DNA of 64,000 nucleotides from Escherichia coli (GTDB lineage Bacteria; Pseudomonadota; Gammaproteobacteria; Enterobacterales; Enterobacteriaceae): NCBI RefSeq assembly GCF_041248615.1, contig NZ_CP158426.1; one strand, 5' to 3'. Shown piece by piece: positions 58,110 to 64,000 of this stretch (position 1 is its first letter; each line of letters starts with the position of its first letter). The notes under the pieces were generated by a model. It saw only the letters and a program-made list of their open reading frames with translations, ran no database searches and was not told where the DNA came from. The position numbers and the translations under genes were made by a program.

Positions 58110-58520
58110 GTTGTTTGTTTTCCCTTGAAGTCCTTAACGACAAATATCGTTATAAAAAAATGCCAAGCGACACGAGACTAATTACCTGGGCATGTTGAAA
58201 CAATTCCTTAAGGCCAAATCTGTGGACTAACGCACAAAATTATATGCTGTGAGGATAATCTACCGCCGAGGCAAAACGAGTTCGAGATTACCCGATTGGT
58301 GCGGTCTTGGCGAGCGGTTTTACATGATTTTTTATAAGAAAAAGTGATACAGAAAGTTAATAAGCGGGATTGGTCAATTAAAGTACGATTGAGTGAAACG
58401 CATGCAATCCATTCATTTACTTAGAGAATGATTTTTGCGCGCGATGGATGAAAGCACGGTGCGCATCATCAGGATTATCCTCACTATAAAAATAACCCTG
58501 ATGATGTTAATTACTGTGAG

Positions 58521-59234
58521 TTATTTGTTTTGGAAATGTTTGTTTTTTCCCGGTAGTGATTTGTCAAAAAAGGTGATTAATCGATCACTTAATGGCGTCA
58601 GCAACACCCAGGGCAAACCGATCAATATCACGGTCATCGAACCTACAATGATGTCAGTAAACCAGTGTGCGCCAATCATTACTCTGGGAAATGCAAAAAC
58701 CACAAAAATAATAAGGGCGATAAGGCCTGCAACTTTGCCGAAATAACGCCACATGAATGCCGAAAAAATAAGCAGCATCATACCGTGATCGCCGGGAAAG
58801 CTATCTCGTGAGGCATCTTTCGTGGGGACAGAGAGCAGTTCGCTGACGCGGTTAATATTGGTAAAAGTCAATGTTGGGCTGGCCCGTTTTACAGGAATTA
58901 ATGCCTGACCCAGCTGGTTTAATACCACTGCAGTTAATAGCATGACCAGACCAATAATCACGATACGTCGTCTGCCTGGGGCGTTTTCTTTCAGCCAGAA
59001 ACTCAGCATCAACATTCCCATCGCCAGCAGTGAACAACCGTCGAAAGCGCGATTGTTGGTCAATGCAACCAGCCACAAAAAGGCCTTACTTTCGACCAGT
59101 TTCTGATTAAAGAAATAAAAAATATCCGCATCAATCGGCAACCAGAATCCATGATTAACGGGTATATACCAGGAAAGAAACAGCGCGAGGCCAACAATAT
59201 TCAACAACACTATTTGCGGCAAATTTTTAATCAT
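58521..59234 (-). CDS. lpxT: Lipid A 1-diphosphate synthase LpxT (YeiU), PAP2 family
   Basis: Start set at MIKNLPQIVLLNIVGLALF (237 aa); PAP2 motifs. Confidence 0.93.
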   Translation of the reverse strand: MIKNLPQIVLLNIVGLALFLSWYIPVNHGFWLPIDADIFYFFNQKLVESKAFLWLVALTNNRAFDGCSLLAMGMLMLSFWLKENAPGRRRIVIIGLVMLLTAVVLNQLGQALIPVKRASPTLTFTNINRVSELLSVPTKDASRDSFPGDHGMMLLIFSAFMWRYFGKVAGLIALIIFVVFAFPRVMIGAHWFTDIIVGSMTVILIGLPWVLLTPLSDRLITFFDKSLPGKNKHFQNK

Positions 59235-59272
59235 ATTTTCTCTAATTATCTTACTAAAAAACGCAGGCAACC

Positions 59273-60259
59273 TTACGCGGTAGTCGCTAAACGAAGCTTC
59301 AACAGCGCGCTCTGCAAGGCATTCCAGTCAGCTTCGCTGCTGGAAATCAGCTCAATACGACTGTCCGGTGGCGCAACGTTTTGCGTTTCAATGTGCAGGT
59401 CATCGCCCTGACGGTTGATTCGCACCAGCCCTTCGGGAATACGCATCACGCCTTTGACGCGTTCCACCGGTGCAAGTCGCGCCCATTCCAGAATGCCAAT
59501 GGTGTCGAATACCGTATCAGCGTCGAATATCCAGCCACAGGCCTGATGCCCTTGTCCGCTGTTCAGACTGCGACGCCAGCGTTGATGCTCTGGCAGGCTT
59601 AACGCTGCTAACCCTTTTTTCACGCTATGATGATGAGAATGTGCGGCGCTGGCGGGCAACTCGGCTAAATTGCGACGCGGCAAATCCAGAAGATGACCGT
59701 CAATTTTCCCATGCTCGCTGTGAATTAATTGCCGATCGCCACCATTTTGCTGCCACCAGCGCTGTAGCGCTTGCTCACTTTCGGGCGTCGCACGGTCGGA
59801 TTTATTGGCGACAATAATGTCTGCGGCAGCCAGCTGGTCACGGAAGTTTTCATTGCTGGCGCTTTTTTCGTCCAGCAGCAGGCGTGGATCGAGAATGCAC
59901 AACGTGGCGCGCAGATCTATCCACGGTTCATAGACGGGCGCGGTTAAGAGATCGAGGATCTGTTTCGGATGACCCAGCCCGGTCGGCTCTATCAACAAGC
60001 GGTCTGGTTTTCCCTGACGCAGTAAGGTATTCAATCCTACCTGCATGGGTAAACCATTAACGCAGCACATGCAGCCGCCGGGGATCTCTTTCAGCAGTGC
60101 GCCGCTATCGGCGAGCAAAGCACCATCAATTCCGACTTCCCCAAATTCATTAACCAGTACCGCCCATTTTTCGTTGGGATCTTTATGGGCTAACAGATGA
60201 AGAATCGACGTAGTTTTCCCGCTGCCGAGAAAACCGGTGATGAGGTTGGTCCTGGTCAC
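59273..60259 (-). CDS. yeiR: COG0523 zinc-associated GTPase YeiR
   Basis: 328-aa ORF with Walker A GFLGSGKTT and CxCC motif (GGCMCC). Confidence 0.93.
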   Translation of the reverse strand: MTRTNLITGFLGSGKTTSILHLLAHKDPNEKWAVLVNEFGEVGIDGALLADSGALLKEIPGGCMCCVNGLPMQVGLNTLLRQGKPDRLLIEPTGLGHPKQILDLLTAPVYEPWIDLRATLCILDPRLLLDEKSASNENFRDQLAAADIIVANKSDRATPESEQALQRWWQQNGGDRQLIHSEHGKIDGHLLDLPRRNLAELPASAAHSHHHSVKKGLAALSLPEHQRWRRSLNSGQGHQACGWIFDADTVFDTIGILEWARLAPVERVKGVMRIPEGLVRINRQGDDLHIETQNVAPPDSRIELISSSEADWNALQSALLKLRLATTA

Positions 60260-60376
60260 AACGGCTCCGCAATACTCTTAAAAGTTAACTGAGCGTTAAT
60301 CCTGGCTAAAAAAGGCAGAAAAGAGAAGGGGAGAGCGGACGAAGACGAGCTTCATCCGCTTTAACCGCAGAAATCG

Positions 60377-61843
60377 TTAAATTTTGAGGGTGTTTAATAG
60401 CGCCTGATGCGCGCCTAATTGTGTGATTTGTTGCCAGGCTTGTTCGATAGCCTGCACAAAATGCGGGTTATCTGGAAGATCATCACCGAAAACTTCACGC
60501 AGAGAAAGCAGGGCGGTTACGCGTTGTTCACTGCTACTGCCCGCAACAAGTTCGCAAATTTTATCGCTAAGCGGATCGCGAACATCAATGGCATTTCCGG
60601 CATCATCAACGCCGCTGACGTAACGCATCCAGCCTGCAACGCCTAATGCCAGCAACGACCAGTCCGTTTCGCGCCCCAGATGTATGCGAATACCTGCCAG
60701 CATACGTTGCGGTAATTTCTGGCTCCCATCCATCGCGATTTGCCAGGTCTTATGTTTCAGCGCCGGGTTAGCAAAACGTGCAATTAACTTATCCGCATAT
60801 TGTGTTAAATCGACATCTTTAATTCGCAGTGTCGGCGCTTGCTCATCCAGCATTAATGTTCTGGCGGCATGGCGAAATGTACGATCCTGCATGCAATCGC
60901 TGATATGGGCGAATCCTGAGAGGTAACCCAGATAAGCGAGAAAAGAGTGGCTGCCATTAAGCATACGTAGTTTCATCTCTTCCCATGGCAGGACATCATT
61001 CACCATTTGTACACCTGCGACTTCCCAGGCAGGACGCCCAGCGACGAAGTTATCTTCCACCACCCACTGGATAAACGGTTCGCAGCTAATCGCGCAGGGA
61101 TCATTCACCCCCAGATGCTGGCTGATTTCCGCCAGTGATTCGTCGGTTGCTGCCGGAACAATACGGTCGACCATGGTTCCCGGAAAACTGACGTGTTCTT
61201 TTATCCACCCGGCGAGTTCTGGGGAACGTTTTTCCGCCATCCCCAGCACCGCGTTTTTCACCACATGGCCATTGTCGGGAATATTGTCGCAGGAGAGTAC
61301 GGTAAACGGTGCAAGGCCGCGTTCACGGCGTCGTTTCAGTGCTTCGACGAGAATACCCGGCGCGGAGTGAGGTTCTTCAGGATTTTGAAGATCGTGAATA
61401 ATCCGCAGATTGCTGGTGTCGAGTGCACCGGTGGCTGGGTCAATACAATAGCCTTTTTCGGTAATCGTCAGGGAAACAATTGCCACCTGTGGCTCGCAAA
61501 ATTTCTCAATAATTGCCGCTAAGGAATCCAGTTTTGCATTCAGGCATTCGTGAACGGCACCGACAATTATCGCCTGATTGCCGTCCGCACCTTTCTCCAG
61601 CACGGTATATAAATGGTTCTGTGCGCGGAGCTGGCTCATCAGTTGATCACCGCTGAACAAGCTGATTTCACAGATCCCCCAGTCGCCGCCCTGGGCATTC
61701 AGCACACGATCGGTCAGTAACGCCTGATGTGCGCGGTGAAAGGCTCCGAAGCCAAAATGAACGATACGTGATTGCATCTGCTGGCGATCGTAGCGTGGAG
61801 CGTGTACATGATGCGGGAGCGTAACGGAGGCGATTGTATTCAT
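60377..61843 (-). CDS. yeiQ: Mannitol dehydrogenase family oxidoreductase YeiQ
   Basis: Start set at MNTIASVTLPHHVHAPRYDRQQ (488 aa); Rossmann GFGAFHRAHQ motif. Confidence 0.93.
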   Translation of the reverse strand: MNTIASVTLPHHVHAPRYDRQQMQSRIVHFGFGAFHRAHQALLTDRVLNAQGGDWGICEISLFSGDQLMSQLRAQNHLYTVLEKGADGNQAIIVGAVHECLNAKLDSLAAIIEKFCEPQVAIVSLTITEKGYCIDPATGALDTSNLRIIHDLQNPEEPHSAPGILVEALKRRRERGLAPFTVLSCDNIPDNGHVVKNAVLGMAEKRSPELAGWIKEHVSFPGTMVDRIVPAATDESLAEISQHLGVNDPCAISCEPFIQWVVEDNFVAGRPAWEVAGVQMVNDVLPWEEMKLRMLNGSHSFLAYLGYLSGFAHISDCMQDRTFRHAARTLMLDEQAPTLRIKDVDLTQYADKLIARFANPALKHKTWQIAMDGSQKLPQRMLAGIRIHLGRETDWSLLALGVAGWMRYVSGVDDAGNAIDVRDPLSDKICELVAGSSSEQRVTALLSLREVFGDDLPDNPHFVQAIEQAWQQITQLGAHQALLNTLKI

Positions 61844-62014
61844 AGGAGTCACGTCTTAGTAACGATTAATTAACAATGACAGTGTAAAGTTATATGACAG
61901 CAATTGAAATTGGTCTGGATTGTTAATGTGATGAAGTGTGAGGGCGATCAATCAACAAGTGAATATTGCGGGCGTAAGGTGTTCAGGAAGCGCAAAATAG
62001 AAGATTGGTATAAT

Positions 62015-62049
62015 AAATTAAAAAAGGGACAGCCTGAGCTATCCCTTTT
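62015..62049 (-). terminator. yeiP rho-independent terminator
   Basis: Minus-strand aaagggatagc-tcag-gctgtcccttt followed by ttttt. Confidence 0.8.
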
Positions 62050-62065
62050 CTGAATGCGGCTGAAG

Positions 62066-62638
62066 TTAGTCAGCACGACCCATATAACGGCGTTCTTCGA
62101 TATGGATACGAATTTTTTCGCCCGGGCTTAAGTATTCTGGTACCTGAATCACCAGACCAGTGCTCAATGTCGCCGGTTTGTTACGGGCGCTGGCAGATGC
62201 CCCTTTGATGCCTGGTGCGGTTTCAACGATTTCCAGATCAACGGTCTGCGGCAGCTCAAGCGCCAGCAGTTGACCGTCCCAGGTCAGCACCTGCATGTCC
62301 GGCATGCCGCCCTCAGGCATAAACAGCAACTCTTCTTCAATCTGATCTTTGGTGAAGGTATACGGGGTATAGTCTTCTTTATCCATAAAGACATATTCGT
62401 TGCCATCGACATAGGAGAAGTCAACGTAACGGCGGGTCAGCGTCACGGTGTCAACGATATCATCTCCTTTGAAACGCTCTTCTACTTTCAGCCCGGTACG
62501 GACATCAGAAAAACGCATTTTGTACAGCGTAGCGGCACCGCGGGCAGTGGGCGACTGAATATCAATGTCCTTAACCAGCAGCAGTTTGCCGTTGTAATTC
62601 AGTACCATACCTTTTTTAATTTCGTTCGCTCTTGGCAT
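62066..62638 (-). CDS. yeiP: Elongation factor P-like protein YeiP (EfpL)
   Basis: Start set at [22 protein letters not shown] (190 aa); the 275-aa track ORF is an upstream extension. Confidence 0.95.
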
Positions 62639-62792
62639 CGAAAAATTCCTGTAGTCGAAAATGTCAAAAATATCGCGACAAAGTACTCGCGACGGGCCTT
62701 TCGGGCAAGTGGTATTCGCACTTTTGCTGGTGCAAAAAAGGTGGTACTGTGCGCGCTCATCAATCCGGTGGTTAACCTTAAGAGAACAACGT

Positions 62793-63056
62793 ATGGAATG
62801 CCGTCCGGGTTGCGGGGCGTGTTGCACCGCCCCTTCAATTTCCAGCCCTATTCCCGGTATGCCAGATGGCAAGCCCGCCAATACGCCCTGCATTCAGCTT
62901 GATGAACAGCAACGCTGTAAAATTTTCACCTCGCCACTGCGACCGAAAGTCTGTGCAGGCTTACAAGCCAGCGCTGAAATGTGCGGTAACTCGCGTCAGC
63001 AGGCAATGACCTGGCTTATCGATCTGGAAATGCTGACCGGCCTTAAACATCTTTAA
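62793..63056 (+). CDS. yeiW: UPF0153 cysteine-cluster protein YeiW
   Basis: Start set at [15 protein letters not shown] (87 codons) with AGAGAA Shine-Dalgarno; 3' end overlaps the convergent setB end by 14 bp. Confidence 0.8.
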
Positions 63057-64000
63057 TCCGCAGTAAGCAAAACAGAGTGGCGATAATCATCACCATCGCA
63101 AACCAGAACACAGCGTGATAATTCCAGATCTCGGCGACGATGCCCGCCACTGATCCTGCGATGATCCAGCCCACGCGCGACGTGTTGGTATAGAGCGTGG
63201 TGGCTGAACCTGCCTGACCGGGCATCAAATCCTGAAAATAGAGCATCCCGATGCCACCCAGAATGCCAATAAAAATAGCATTTAGCAGCTGCAAGCCCAA
63301 CAGAATGGCAGGTGAATGCGCCATCAGCATTCCTGCGTAAAAACAGACGCCACCCACGGCAGCAACGCGCATTAAGAAGCGCTTACCCAGACGTTTGGCG
63401 AAATATCCGGCAATCAACATGGTCGGGATTTCCAGCCCGGCGGCGGTCCCCATCATCACACCGGCCAGTTTCTCGGGAAGATGCAGTTCGTTGATAATAA
63501 ATAGCGGCATGTTGATGATGTACAGGCTGTTCGAGCCCCACATCAATGTACAAATGACAAACAGCAGCAGCGTATCGCGACGGTTACGGCGCGGCGCTTC
63601 AACCGTGCCGGTCGCCAGCGGAAGTTCTTTTTGCATTGACGGTAAAAACAGCCACACCATCACGCCGCAAACAATAAACGCTACCGCTGCGCTCAGATAC
63701 ATTACCGTAAAGCTGAAACCCATCGCTAAGGCATAAGCCAGCGGCGGGCCAATGACCCATGCCAGTGAAACCTGAGCGCGTAAAAAAGAGCTGAACATCA
63801 CCGCTTCACGTCCGGTTTTGTCAGCATGTTCACGGGCGAGGGCAAACATTTGCGGGTTAGCAGTCGAGCCAAAGCTGCTAAGAAAGACGCCAACGAATAG
63901 CAAAACAAAGTAGTTGCGATTCCAGGCAAAAAGAGTGCAGGCCAGCACGCCTAACAGGCAGCAAAAGACAATCAGCGATTTGCGATCGCCGCGCTTATCA
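63043..64000 (-). CDS. setB: Sugar efflux MFS transporter SetB (3' portion; start lies beyond window end)
   Basis: MFS ORF open to the window edge; 301-aa C-terminal portion matches recalled SetB. Confidence 0.9.
   Translation of the reverse strand, partial: DKRGDRKSLIVFCCLLGVLACTLFAWNRNYFVLLFVGVFLSSFGSTANPQMFALAREHADKTGREAVMFSSFLRAQVSLAWVIGPPLAYALAMGFSFTVMYLSAAVAFIVCGVMVWLFLPSMQKELPLATGTVEAPRRNRRDTLLLFVICTLMWGSNSLYIINMPLFIINELHLPEKLAGVMMGTAAGLEIPTMLIAGYFAKRLGKRFLMRVAAVGGVCFYAGMLMAHSPAILLGLQLLNAIFIGILGGIGMLYFQDLMPGQAGSATTLYTNTSRVGWIIAGSVAGIVAEIWNYHAVFWFAMVMIIATLFCLLRIKDV

Overview
This 64-kb window is enterobacterial core chromosome of Escherichia coli type, and it looks like an ordinary region rather than an accessory island. 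Gene content and order are colinear with the E. coli K-12 yfaS–ato–rcs–ompC–ada–mqo–nap–ccm–narP–yejO–proL–yej–mepS–yeiR–setB region (about 2.26–2.32 Mb), in reverse orientation. All identifications are by recall of protein sequences, lengths and gene order; no database search was run. I call about 60 protein-coding genes, plus micF sRNA, tRNA-Pro(GGG) proL, one complete IS1 element, three REP/BIME clusters, and several regulatory sites supported by exact motif spacing. Three things deviate from an intact reference layout: (1) yejA is split by a single in-frame TAG; (2) an IS1 with no target-site duplication replaces the promoter and 5' end of the yejO autotransporter gene; (3) ompC encodes a 375-aa allele that differs from the 367-aa K-12 protein I recall, apparently in surface-loop segments. 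The window also opens with the tail of the poorly characterised alpha-2-macroglobulin operon (yfaQ, yfaP). I found no CRISPR array, prophage, toxin–antitoxin pair or foreign-composition island.
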